Source: the human T2T-CHM13v2.0 reference genome, Homo sapiens. From it: a stretch of DNA of 64,000 nt. This document shows, one piece after another, positions 26,574 to 51,120 of the stretch. The stretch lies in NCBI RefSeq assembly GCF_009914755.1, contig NC_060946.1; one strand, written 5' to 3'. How positions within the stretch are numbered: position 1 is the first letter of the stretch; the number at the start of each line of letters is the position of its first letter. The position numbers and the translations under genes were made by a program. The notes below the pieces were generated by a model. That model was not told the DNA's origin, did no database searches, and was given only the letters and a program-made list of their open reading frames with translations.

Positions 26574-28088
26574 TACACCAGCCGCCACATCCACCACACA
26601 CACCTCCACACACCACACCTCCACCCATAGACCTACACACACACCACACACACATCTACACCCACCACACACACCTCCACACACACCTACACTCATACAC
26701 CTACACAGACACCCCTACACACACACCACACCTACACACTCATGCACCTACACACACCCCTACACACACCACACACACATCTACACCCACCACACACACC
26801 TCCACACGTCATACCTCCACTCATACACCTACACACACCCCTACACACACCACACCTACACACTCATACACCTACACACCCCCACACCACACACACATCT
26901 ACACCCACCACACACACCTCCACACACCACACCTCCACTCATACACCTACACACAGCCCTACACACACCACACCTACACACCCATACACCACACACACCC
27001 ACACACACCACACACACACATCTACACCCACCACACACACCTCCACACACCACACCTACACACACCACACCTCCACTCATACGCCTACACACACACCCCT
27101 ACACACACCACACACACATCTACACCCACCACACACACCTCCACACACCTCCACTCATACACCTACACACACAGCCCTACACACCACACCTACACACCCA
27201 TACACCTACACACCCCCACACACACACCACACACACATCTACACCCACCACACACCTCTCCACACACACCTCCAGTCATACACCTACACACACAGCCCTA
27301 CACACACCACAGCTACACACCCATACACCTACACACCCCCACACACACACCACACACATCTACACCCACCACACACCTCCACACACACCTCCACTCATAA
27401 ACCTACACACACAGCCCTACACACACCACACACACATATCTACACCCACCACACACACCTACACACACACATTCATACACCTACACACACCCCTACACAC
27501 ATCACACCTACACACTCATACACCTACACACACCACACACACATCTACACCCACCACACACACCTACACACACCACACCTACACTCATACACCTACACAC
27601 ACCCCTACACACACCACACACACATCTACACCCACACCTACACACACCACACCTATACTCATACACCTACACACACCCTTACACACACCACACCTACACA
27701 CTCATACACCTACACACACACCACACACACATCTACACCCACCACACCTACACACACACCCCTACACCTACACATACACACCTACACACACCACACACCT
27801 ACACCTACCCACACCTACACCTACACATACACACCTACATTCATACACCTACATACACACCCCTGCATATACCACCCCTACACACTCATACACCTACACA
27901 CCTGCACACACACCCCTACACACACCACACACATCTACACACACCACCTACACACACCACATACATCTATACCTACACAACCTACACCTACACATACAAA
28001 CCTACACTCATACACCTACACACACACCTACACTCATACACCTACATACACACCCTTACACACCTACACACACCCCTACACACACACG
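26574..28088. repeat. About 1.5-kb degenerate CA-rich satellite
   Basis: Almost G-free + strand built from CACACCTA, CACTCATA and CATCTACACCC motifs. Confidence 0.95.
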
Positions 28089-28144
28089 CCTCCCAAAGTG
28101 GCAGCAGGCCTCCTGACCCGAAAGGCGCACCCCTGTTAGAAGCC

Positions 28145-28160
28145 GCGCCCTCCAGTGGCC
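28145..28160 (-). promoter_or_regulatory. CTCF-like motif
   Basis: Reverse complement GGCCACTGGAGGGCGC has one mismatch to the core CCASYAGRKGGCRS. Confidence 0.55.
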
Positions 28161-29731
28161 CTGGCGCTGCCGTCCCTCCGCCATCAGCGTGACTCTCTCT
28201 CACCCAGATGGGAGGCGGCTGCGGGAAAAGCCTCAGTGACTGGATGGTGAGACAAGGCATGGTGAGCAGGGGCCAGGCCCGGCCACCCGGAAAGCTGGGG
28301 GTGCTCGCAGGGCTCCTGCCAGGCATGGGCGTGGGGCACCGTGCTGCTCTCCAAGGGAGTGGGACCCAGGAGAAGGCCCAGAGGAGCAAGGAGGGGCAGC
28401 TGAGGGTCTTGCGGGACCCCAGGGCTCAGGCTGTTTCCGGGTTGGCCCGGCCAGCCCAGCTTCCGCAGCTCCTCTGTGCCCGGTTCCTGCTCTTGAGTCT
28501 CGGGCAAGGACAAGGTAGCCCGTCTGGCAGCTAAGAGGCGATGGGGATAGCGGAGCGGGAGACGGAGCCGGTGTGCACAGCTGGGCACTTGCTGTTGCCA
28601 CTGCTGCTGGGAAGTCGGCTCCTGCCTTCTCTCTGGGCTCTGCTCCTGCCTGGGGGGTCCTCAGGTGCTGGGTGACAGAGCTTGGAAACCAAACTGGCCT
28701 GGTTGGGGAAAGACTCTGTCTGTCTTTTCCAAAGTAGCTCACTAGTAACTAGTGCTATTAGTGCCATTACTGATTAATAGTAAATAGGAACTGGCCTATT
28801 GGTTTCTTGAGCATCTCCTCCATGCCAGGCCCTGTGCTAAGCTTTTGACATCCCATTTCATCCTCACAGCCACCTGGACGGTAAGTACTGCTGCTAGCCT
28901 CACCCTAAGGACGAGGGAAATCAGGCGCAGAGAAGTTAAGTAACCCACTCAGAGTCACACTGTGTTAAGGGGTGAGCTAGGTCCAGCTCTTTCTCACTCT
29001 GAAGTCTGTGCCCATGACCTCCAACTGGAGTCTGCCCCTGCAGAAGCCGTTAGAGAGGAAAGCCTCCAACTCCTGCCCCTGTGTGGGAGCCATCGTGGCA
29101 CAGCCCATGTCTTTGTGGCCGAAAGTGAAATGTCCCCATCTGTAGCACCGCCCCTCTGGGTCTACCCACCTGGCCTTGTCTGGTCAACTTCGCGCCTCTG
29201 CTCTCAGGCCCTGCTATGCCCCCTTCTATCATGAAATCTGCGTCTGCAGAGACACCAGGGGATGGAACCTGGGGACCCCTGGCCCACTAACCATGTCCCC
29301 ATCCCAGCCTTCACGGCTGGAGAAAATGCCTGGGGTCTGACCCTGGGCTTGGCGTGTCTTTTGTCAGATGCTCCTGAGCACCTGCAGCATAGCCCCTGCC
29401 CCAGGCCATTGCCCAAAGCCCCTCCTCCAGCCTAGAATCCTACCCGAAGGGTGTGTCGGAACTGGGGTTCTTCTCTTCAAGGGGAAGGAGCTCCCTCTGA
29501 CCCCTGGCCCTGCTCCAGCTGCTGGGAGCCTGGTCCCCTGCTTAGTCTCCTGGCTCTGCACCTCCATCACCCACAGCCTGGCACAGCGGGCCCAGTGGTG
29601 GGTCCGGGCAGCTAGGCAGCTGAGGCTGGGGTGGGAGGCTGCCCAGGGCCACCCAGCTGCAGGGTGCTGAGCTGGCACGTCTTCCACCTTGTCACCTAGG
29701 GCACTGCCTTACCCTCTGCCCTTCCTTCCAG

Positions 29732-29791
29732 ATCCCAGTCACCCAGGCCTGCCTCATGGAGGACATCGAGCAGTGGCTGTCCACTGACGTG
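29732..29791 (+). CDS. TOM1: TOM1 exon 13 (IPVTQACLMEDIEQWLSTDV; myosin VI-binding region)
   Basis: ccttccag acceptor, gtatgt donor, 60 nt. Confidence 0.96.
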
Positions 29792-30936
29792 GTATGTTGG
29801 GGCCCACTCCTCACCCACACAGCAGGAGGACCCGTTGTTCTCACCAAGAAATGACCCATGGGGCCAGGGTAGACTTGTATAGCATATAGCACCCTGAGAG
29901 CAGAGGGGCACACTTAAAGTCCCCATCTCCTGCCACCTGCCCACCTTGTGTTTGGCACGCCCCCCAGAGAAGTCCTGGGCACAGTAGCCTCTCGGCTGCT
30001 TCCCAGAGCCTGCTCCCAAGGTGAGGTCCCAGTGGGTGTCAGCCCACCTTAGGGACATCAGGCCAGGCTAGAGAGGCTAACCGAGGAAGCATAACAGCGC
30101 CAGGCTCTTACCTGCAGTAGCTCAGAAGACTCCAGCCACTTGCAGAGGGAACCCATCACCACCCTGTTTACAGATCAGAAGACCGATAAGCAGCTGTCCT
30201 CTAAGGGGAAGCACCCAGGAGGAGGAGGGCGGGTGCCAGTCATGGGGACCCCAAGCCCTGCCACCCTCCCAGGGAGCAGAAGGGGCAGGGCCAGACTCAG
30301 CTTCTCCGTCCAGGGCTCCTACCGCAGCATCTGCCACCCCGTCTCTGGGCACCAAGGCCCACATGGGCACTTCAGGCCCAGAAGCCGCCTTCTGCAGGTG
30401 AAGAGACCATTTCTGCCCAGGACTAAGCCACAGACCAAGGACTCAGGCTTTCTGTCTGGTGGCAGAAGCCTCACCCCCTCCCTAGTTTGCAGTGTTAGCA
30501 TGAATGGCCCTCAGCCTCTGGATGTCAGCCTTTCCCCTCCAGGGGTGAGGACCACCCACCCCTTGTGACCCTCCAAGGAAAGGAACCAGCACTCATCAAG
30601 GTCCCACTGGGCACCAGGTGCTGGGCTTGGCGTGCTGTGTGTTATCCCATTTCAGCTTCCCAGCAACCCTCCAAGTTAGCTTCAGCCCCCACCCCGCCCC
30701 CATTTTACAGAAGGAAAACACAAGGCTCAGGAAGTCAGGTGCCACCCAAGGAAGGTCCTACGGCTCAGGGAGGAGCCCAGGTCCAGGTCCTGGGACCTGG
30801 GTGGTGGGGGCGTGCAGAGCCTGAGCTGGGACCCAGTGCTGAGGTTCAGCGGGGCCCGAGCTGCAGCACCACTGCCCCAGGCTGACCGTACTGGGGGCCC
30901 GGCTAACCTCTGCCTCCTTTCCTTCTACCTTCCCAG

Positions 30937-30976
30937 GGGAATGATGCGGAAGAGCCTAAGGGGGTCACCAGCGAAG
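30937..30976 (+). CDS. TOM1: TOM1 exon 14 ([13 protein letters not shown])
   Basis: gctaac branch-like site at 30902, tcccag acceptor, gtagta donor, 40 nt. Confidence 0.95.
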
Positions 30977-31061
30977 GTAGTAGTCCCCGCCCCTGCCCGC
31001 CCTCTCCTTTCCCCAGGGCTCTGGCCTCAGGGCCTACCCTCACCCTCTCCCCTTCCTCTAG

Positions 31062-31216
31062 AATTTGACAAATTCCTGGAAGAACGGGCCAAAGCCGCGG
31101 ACCGATTGCCCAACCTCTCCAGCCCCTCAGCTGAGGGCCCCCCGGGTCCCCCATCTGGCCCAGCGCCCCGGAAGAAGACCCAGGAGAAAGATGATGACAT
31201 GCTGTTTGCCTTATGA
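31062..31216 (+). CDS. TOM1: TOM1 exon 15 coding part ([11 protein letters not shown]...DDDMLFAL*)
   Basis: cctctag acceptor; TGA at 31214-31216. Confidence 0.97.
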
Positions 31217-31990
31217 GTGTGGGGTCTGGCACCCTGCAGCCCAGGTCCCCACTGCTCTCACACCCTTAGGCTGGGACCTCCCTCCCTCCTCTGGTGTTAA
31301 GGCTGCTTTGGGGGTGGCTTGTTACCCCCTTTTCCTCCTCTTTGAAGACGGAGCTGCCCCAGCTGTGGCTGGGGGTGTGGAGGCAGTGGGATGAACTGGG
31401 GGACAGGTCTGCGCTGCAGTGGGATCTGGCTGCTCTGCCTCCTTTCCCACCCCAGCTGACCATGAGACTTTGCTGAGAAGTGGAGGCCCCAGGACAGGCT
31501 GGCTGGCTGGCTGGCTGCTTGACCCAGTGTGACTCTCCTTCACTGAGTGATACCCTGCTCCGGGCCCATGCCCCAAGGAGCCCTTCAGAGCCCACACTGC
31601 CAGTCGAGGCCTGGCTGGAGGCTGGCCACAGTGGAAATTCTGCCGAGCCTCTTGTCCCTTCCCTGCTCTGCTGCATGGGGCCCCATGGCTTTGGCTGGCC
31701 ACTGAGGGTAGGGTGTGGAGGTGTGGAGGCCCCCTGAGGAGCTGCGGCGGCCCAGGTACGAAGCTGCAACTCTGCGCGCAGTGGGCGAGATCTCATCAGC
31801 CCCAGGCTGCAGGTGAGGCTTCAGGGGATGCTGGGGCCCCACTGCCCCTCCGCTGCCTTGCCCTCCATCCTTCCTCTGTTCCTTCTGGCCGGGCACCACA
31901 GCACTGGGGCTCACCTCTTGGTTGATCCTCTTGTACTGGGAGAGGTGCCTTTTGTATCCCCAATTAAAGGTAGAAAACCACCCTGCTAGC
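31217..31990 (+). other. TOM1: TOM1 3' UTR (end approximate); includes (GGCT)5 near 31497
   Basis: Lies between the stop codon and the poly(A) signal. Confidence 0.85.
31963..31968 (+). terminator. TOM1 polyadenylation signal ATTAAA
   Basis: ATTAAA with upstream TGTA (CFIm) motifs at 31932 and 31953. Confidence 0.85.
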
Positions 31991-34900
31991 AGCATTGTCA
32001 AGTCTCCTGGTCAGAAATGACTTCTTGGCCTCACAGAGGCAGCGACTACTTTGGGCAGGGCTGGGGGCCATCCGAGAGGTGAGCATCTGTAGATGGTGCA
32101 GGCGGAAGGACAGGAGCAAACACCCAGCTACACTACGCAGGTGCCGCCTCCTCCCACCTCACATGGCAGGCTCCAGCCACCGCCCCTGCCCGGAGGATGC
32201 ATGCCCTCCCCAGCTGACACCCCTCCCTCCTCAAGGCACCTTCGTGCTGCTGTTCCATGAGGCCAGCTCCTGCCCTGCACAGAGCACACTAATCACAAGG
32301 GCGGGGACCTGTGTGGACTGTGTGCGCATGTGGGGTGCACAGGCCACAGGAGGATGCTGGCCTTCCGAGGCTGGGTGCCAGGCACAGCCTGGGGCTACGC
32401 ACTGGCTCGTAGCATCACAACAGCCTGGGAGAAGCAAAGTGAGCGTCCTCGATGTATAGATGCGGAGACTAGGACTCCATGAGCCGCCCAGCTCAGAGGA
32501 GGAAGCTCATGCAGTTGTCATGTGCCAGCATTTCCTCATGCAGAAGCGCATCCTCCCCATTTTCCAGGCACCAAAGCTAAGTTGGGAAGACATGGCACAC
32601 AGTTCCAGACGCTGGGCCCCAGGTCAGGTGCAGGGGGTCAGCTCTTCCCTCCATGGCAGCTCAAGAGCCCCAGGTCTTAGGGTGCCACCTTTTCAGGTGT
32701 GGGATCTCTAGGCCAGACTCCCTGGGAGTCACTGCTGAGGCATGTTGGAGCCTCCTGGCCCAGGACACGGTCGGGGAACGGTGTGAGGCCAAAGCAATTG
32801 GGTCCACAGGGTCCTGGGCTCCTGGGAGAGGGCCGAGGTCTGTGTGAGCAGCCACTGATTCCCATGGGCAGTGGGCAGGCAGCACCTGCCATCTGAGGTA
32901 TGGTCTGGAGCTGGGCATACAGGAGACCAGGCCCAGCCCAGCCCTCAAGATGGAGTTGGGGCAAGGAAAGCAGCTGGGGGCAGGCACACTGGTGCCAGGC
33001 AGGGGAGGGGGAGGCCCTGCCGCCATCAGGATGCTCATGGTCCAGGCCAAGCTCCCTCTGCCACATCCAGGGCATCTGTGAGCTCCTGCCAGGTGCCCTA
33101 CCCTGGCCCAGCCCTTTCAGTACCTCACAACAGCCCCAGGGGGTCAATGGTGTTGGCCACCAGTTACAAATGGGGAAACTGAGGCTGAGGGAGGAAGGGA
33201 CTTGCCTGGTCATACACTAAGTAATGGAAGACTGGGACCCCCAACCTTCCTCACTGCTGCCTCACCTGCCTGCCCCACCCACACCCCACTGCCTGCTTCC
33301 CTCATTCTCTCCCTACTTAACTGGGGACCTCTTAGAGGGGAGTTGTGATTTTACAAGGATCAAAGCCAAGGCCTCCTCTCCCCTGTGTTAGCTGGGAAAC
33401 CCAAGGAAACTTCCACAGAAGGCCCCCAGGGCTGGGAGGGCCTCAGGTGCTAAGGGTGAAAACTGCCAGGTTGTTCATTCCTCCCTGTGGGTGCATCCCC
33501 TGGGAGCCAGCTGCACACAGCATAGCGCTAGGTGCCCGCCAGACAGAAGTGAAGCGGCCAGGTGCCAGCCCTGTGGGGTCACGTGGGAGGGAAAGGGACG
33601 AGAAAGACAGACATAAACTCAATCATTGTTTCACGCTGTGAAAAGAAGAAGATGGGACGGGACGCCCAGGGCCAGGAGGCTCTCTGTGAGGACGGCCTAA
33701 GGCTGCTGAGGTAAGATGGGGTGGGCTGGGCCATGAAGGGCCTTGAATGCCAGGCAGGAGGTGGCCCCTGCAGAGGTCTCGGCTTGGCTGGCTGGAACAG
33801 TTCCAGGCTGCCTGAAGGCCTCCTTCAGAGAGAAGGCTGCTGGGGCTGCATGGGGGCTGGGGGGGGGGGCGCTGGCGGGAATTCATCAGTGCAGTCAGGC
33901 TGGGTTCCCTGGCAGCAGGCTCTGTCTGAGGCTGCAGGCCTGGGCGGGATCACTTTACAGCTGCAGGAAGTCTTGGCCCCAAGAAAATGAGGGCCAGCTG
34001 TCTGGTGGGAGCCTTGGGTAGGAGCAGGGCCTCCACCTGGCACCACAGGGCAGGATTAACGAGGTGCCGCCGCTCCCGCTGGGCCCAGCTACATCGGAAG
34101 GCGCTGGGCCGGGGGCATGGAGGGGAGGGGTTGAGTGGAGCTGGGAGGGGCTGGTGGGCAGGGGAAAGGGCGCCTGGGGGGCAGCCCCAGGCCTGCCTTT
34201 GAGGAAGCCTTTTGCAGAGCCTCCACCAAGCCCTCTCCCTCCTGGCTCCCCTGGGCCACCACGATCCCACCCTGGGCCTGGACACCGACCCCTCCACCTC
34301 CTGCCCTAGTGTCAGTACCCACCTCCCAGACCGGCCACTTCTGGGCTGTGTGACCTTAGGCAAATTACTTAACCTTTCTGTGCTTCTGTTTTCTCACTGG
34401 TAAAATGGGCAGATAACACTCGTTGCCTCATAGGGTTGTTAGGGTTGACTGAGCCAACAAGTAACTCAGCACCTGCCATGTAGACAATGCTCTGTACATG
34501 TTGTTATTGTCACGGATGGTTCCCTGCTCCCTTCCAGAATGGCCTCTGCTCCAGACACCTGGCTCAGAGCCCTGCCCCTCAGACTCCTCAGTAATTCTAG
34601 GGACCCCTGCTCTGCCTCTGGTATTGCCTTCCCAGCTCCAGAATAACGTCTGTCCCTACTCCCCACTGGGAGAGAACCAAAGGACTGTGTCTGTCTTTCC
34701 TCCTGGTCTGGGCTGCTAACCCTAAGAGGGTCAGGGCTGTCTTGATCCTGGCAACACGGCAGGGTCCCCCTGGCGTTCCTGGATTGGGCTCTGCGGGCTC
34801 TCGGTAGGCGCTTTAGGAAGCCTTTGCCCGCTCCAAGGTGGCTGGAGGTAGGCCCAGTTCTGAGTCCTGAGCACGGTCTACGGCCCCTGCTCAGGGTCAG

Positions 34901-35684
34901 TGTTTCAAGGCGACCACGAGATGGCAGTAGCACTGCATGTACAGGGCTTGCCGGGGCACTAGGGTGGAGTCCACCGCGGCCAAATCAGCCCCTCCCGGGT
35001 ACAGACACCGGGAGAAAGGGGCGGGTGCTGCCGGCTCCTGCCCGCTCCTGCCCCGCGCGAGCTCACAGGCGCGCGCGTGCACACACACACGCGCACACGC
35101 CCTCTGACTGGTGGGGCTGAGTAACAATGGTGATGGGGCTGGGAGCTGGAGTCCGAGGGTCTGGCTTCACCGCCGGGCTCTGCTGTGGGACTACACAAGG
35201 GATTTCATCTCTGGAAGCCTCAGATCTTCTTAAACGTCCCGATTCACAGGGTTGTGGGGAGGATTTGGTGAGACAAGCTGGGAGCTCAGCTACGGGAGCT
35301 TTGGGTGGGCAAAAGTGAGCCCGGTCCCCTCCCTCTCTTTACAGAGCCCCGGTGTGCCGTTGCTGGGGCCCCCTGCTCCCGCGCCTTCTCAGCCGACACG
35401 CTCAGATCCGTGTGCATTGCCGTTTCTGTCTCCACGTGTAGACAAATCATGAGCTCGCCCAGTAACTCCAGCTCTACCACAGATTCCTTCTCTTTTCCGC
35501 CCTTCCCCTATGTCTAATTCCCTTCTCCAGCAGTGAGAAACCTGCTTCCCGCCGTCCTTCATTCCTTCTCTCCCCCCATCCCCGCAGAAACCAATCTCTG
35601 TTGCCACCACTGCCCCGTCCTGCCAGTGCCTCCCACCCTCTCCGCGTGGACCGCCACCACCCTGCCCCACAGACAGGCCCCTAG

Positions 35685-36325
35685 ACACAGAAATCTTCTT
35701 TCTCACAGTTCTAGAGGCTGAAGTTCAACATCAAGGACGTGGACTCCATCTGTTCAGTTGGTTCCTTCCGGCCCCTCCGTGGCTGTATATGGTCATCTTC
35801 TCCCTGGGGCCTCACATCATATCCCCTCTGCATCTCTCTATGTTCAAAAGTCCCATTTTTATAAGGACAGCATTCATCAAGGATTAGAGTCCACCTAATG
35901 ATCTATTGTACCTATTGTACCTTAATCACTTTTTTTTTTTTTTTTTTTGAGACAGAGTTTCACTCTTGTTGCCCAGGCTGGAGTGCAATGGCGCGATCTC
36001 GGCTTACTGCAACCTCCGCCTCCCAGTTCAAGCAATTATCCTGCCTCAGCCTCCTGAGTAGCTGAGATTACAGGCATGCGCCATCACACCTGGCTAATTT
36101 TGTATTTTTAGTAGAGACGGGTTTTCTCCATGTTGGCCAGGCTGGTCTCGAACTCCCAACCTCGTGTGATTCACCCGCCTCGGCCTCCCAAAGTGCTGGG
36201 ATTACAGGTGTGAGCCACAGTGCCTGGCACTTCTTTAAAGGTCCTACCTCCAAATACAATCGCATTCTGATATACTAGGGATTAGAGATTCAACGTATGA
36301 ATTCAAAGGGACGAAGCAGCCCTGT
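35685..36325 (-). mobile_element. MLT1 (MaLR) LTR with an antisense Alu inserted at 35931-36228
   Basis: MLT1 motifs tctcacagttctagaggctg, ttataaggac and ctccaaatac...gattcaacgtatgaatt. Confidence 0.75.
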
Positions 36326-37673
36326 ATTGCCCTCTGCTGCCCTCTAGGCCCTGGGTCCATTCTCCCAGACACACTGCTCTTTCGCAGGTGGCCACAGTGT
36401 CTTCAGAGGGGCTGCCACATGAAACACCCGCCTCCACTCCCTGCCCCCTGCCCCCTGCCCTAGTGGGAGTTTGAGGGTGGCTAGATTCATCCTAGGGCAG
36501 CCTAGCCTTAGATCCAAGGATTAGCCATGGGACCAGGAGCGAGCAGGGGTGCCGGCAGAGTGGAGGGAGATACAGGTGCTGGGAGCTGGGCTGGGGCTGC
36601 TCTCCTGGTCCCCATGTCCGCTTGTTTTTTCAGAGCAGACCCAAGCGGGTAAGCTGGCAGGTTTCACTTCCACCCACCCTGGTACAGGGCGAGACTGGAG
36701 GAAGCAGCTTCGCCGGGCCGAATCCTCACCCCTTGCCTCTGACTCAGGACTCCCGTGACGTCTTCCTGCCCCTGCTGCAGGCTGGCCCTGCACCCTCTGT
36801 GCACCGTGGACCAGGCTGGCCAGCAGAGGGAAGGAACCCAAGCTGACCAGGGCCCCAAATCCCCAGTGGGTCAGAGTCAGGTTGGCAGGGCACTTGGACC
36901 TCTTGAGGCGGGTGAGAAATGTGCAGACAGGGAAGTGGAGGCCCAGGGAGGGGAGGGGCCTGCCCTGACCAGTGTACTGCCTCCCTACCTGGTGCAGGGG
37001 CCCAGGAGGCTCTGTGTGCCAGCCCAGCCTGCCCGGGGAGGAAGCAGCCCCCACCCACGCACAAGCACAGGGAAGTCAGTGCAGGGTGGAGGGTGGGGAC
37101 TCCTGGGGCCCCCTGTGTCAGGTCCAAGCACGGCCCAGGAGTCAGCCAACCGAGCTTCCAGCGGTGCACAGACACTGACTTCCTGTTTGATTTGGAGCAA
37201 GCCTTCTCCTCTCTCTGGGCCTCAGTTTCCCCATCTGTTAATCGGCTTGATTTAAGAGAGCGTAAGGCCCCTTTGCACTCTGCTTTTCTGCCCTATCAAC
37301 CCCCAAATTCCATAATCCTCCTTCCAAAAAGGAAAGAAATACGAGGAAAGAAACTCAAATATCTACAAGAGAGGGAAGCAGGACCCCGGGTTTATCTCCC
37401 CTCCAGGACCAGCGGCGATAGGGAAACAACTGCCCAAGCTTCAGTGGGACCAATGGGTGGAGGCGGCCACCCACACACCCTGCTGAATGCCCGCACAGGA
37501 AGCTGACCGCCTAGGGGCAGGAGGGAAGCGAAACCCAAGCCGGGGACATCCTTGCACCTGCCCTGGGGTACCCCTAGGAAAGGGAAAAGCAAGTGGGTGA
37601 ACTGAGGAATGGGGGTGCTGCCCATGCTCCCCACAGGACCCTGCCCTCACTGGAGCCCTTGGAAGCTCTGTTA

Positions 37674-43239
<5,566 letters not shown>

Positions 43240-43784
43240 GAAGTGATCAAAATGGTAAATGTTATGTATATTTTACTACAATTAATTTAAAAAACCACAC
43301 ACACACAAGCACCATCTCTCAGGCTTCACAACTTACCAGCTGTGTGGTTTTGAGCAGGTTACTTTTTTAAAAATCTGATTGGCAGTTAAGGCAAACACTT
43401 AGGCCCACTCTCTCCTTTGATCCCGATTTGCTTTGGTTCAGCCTCATCTCCCAAGCTCAGAAATTTGGGCTCCATTTTTAGAGCTTCAAATCCTGCCTCT
43501 TTTCTCTGTAGAGGCTGTAGCCGCGGTCATCCTCGCTTGCTAGGGGCCTACTGTGTGCTAGGCTCTGAGGATGTACGTAGCGAGAAATGAGTCATAGCCC
43601 TTGTCCTCCCAGCCACAGGGAATAGTCAGGGGAAAAGGGGTTAGTTAGTTGGATAGATAGGTAGGTAGGTAGGGAGGTAGTGGAAACCTGCCAGACTCCA
43701 GTCTCCATGAACCCCAGCCCAGCTGTGAAACTCCTGAGGACTGGTCCCTGATGTCCTGTGTCCCCAGATGCCCTCATTTAGGTG

Positions 43785-43953
43785 GGAATGACCACAGCAC
43801 AGGATGACACTGGTCCCTGAGCTCTTGGCATGAACAGAATGTGTGTGGGGAGCCTGTGACCTAGGAATGTCCACAGCACAGGATGACACTGGTCCCTGAG
43901 CTCTTGGCATGAACAGAATGTGTGTGGGGAGCCTGTGACCTGGGAATGTCCAC
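43785..43953. repeat. 79-bp tandem duplication (2 copies plus a partial third)
   Basis: Near-identical copies at 43785-43863 and 43864-43942. Confidence 0.95.
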
Positions 43954-43965
43954 TGACACCGGTGA

Positions 43966-50980
<7,015 letters not shown>

Positions 50981-51120
50981 TCATGGTGCTATTCTTTTCA
51001 GCTCATTGGTATGTCTGAAATTTTTTCAAAATAAAAAGGGAGAAAGAGAGAAGAGAGGAAAGAAGAGTTGGAATGAGCCCCTCTATTCAAAGCCAATCCC
51101 AGTCTTAGAGTCTGGGACCC

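Noticed and set aside
26447-28139. Three long overlapping His/Thr/Pro-rich ORFs (317, 549 and 465 aa)
   Set aside because: They are open in all three frames because the G-poor CA repeat almost never forms stop codons. The region is intronic and shows no codon structure.
36521-37506. Cluster of 140-195 aa ORFs on both strands
   Set aside because: The sequence is GC-rich and stop-poor, runs into MIR-like sequence, and shows no recognisable homology or exon structure.
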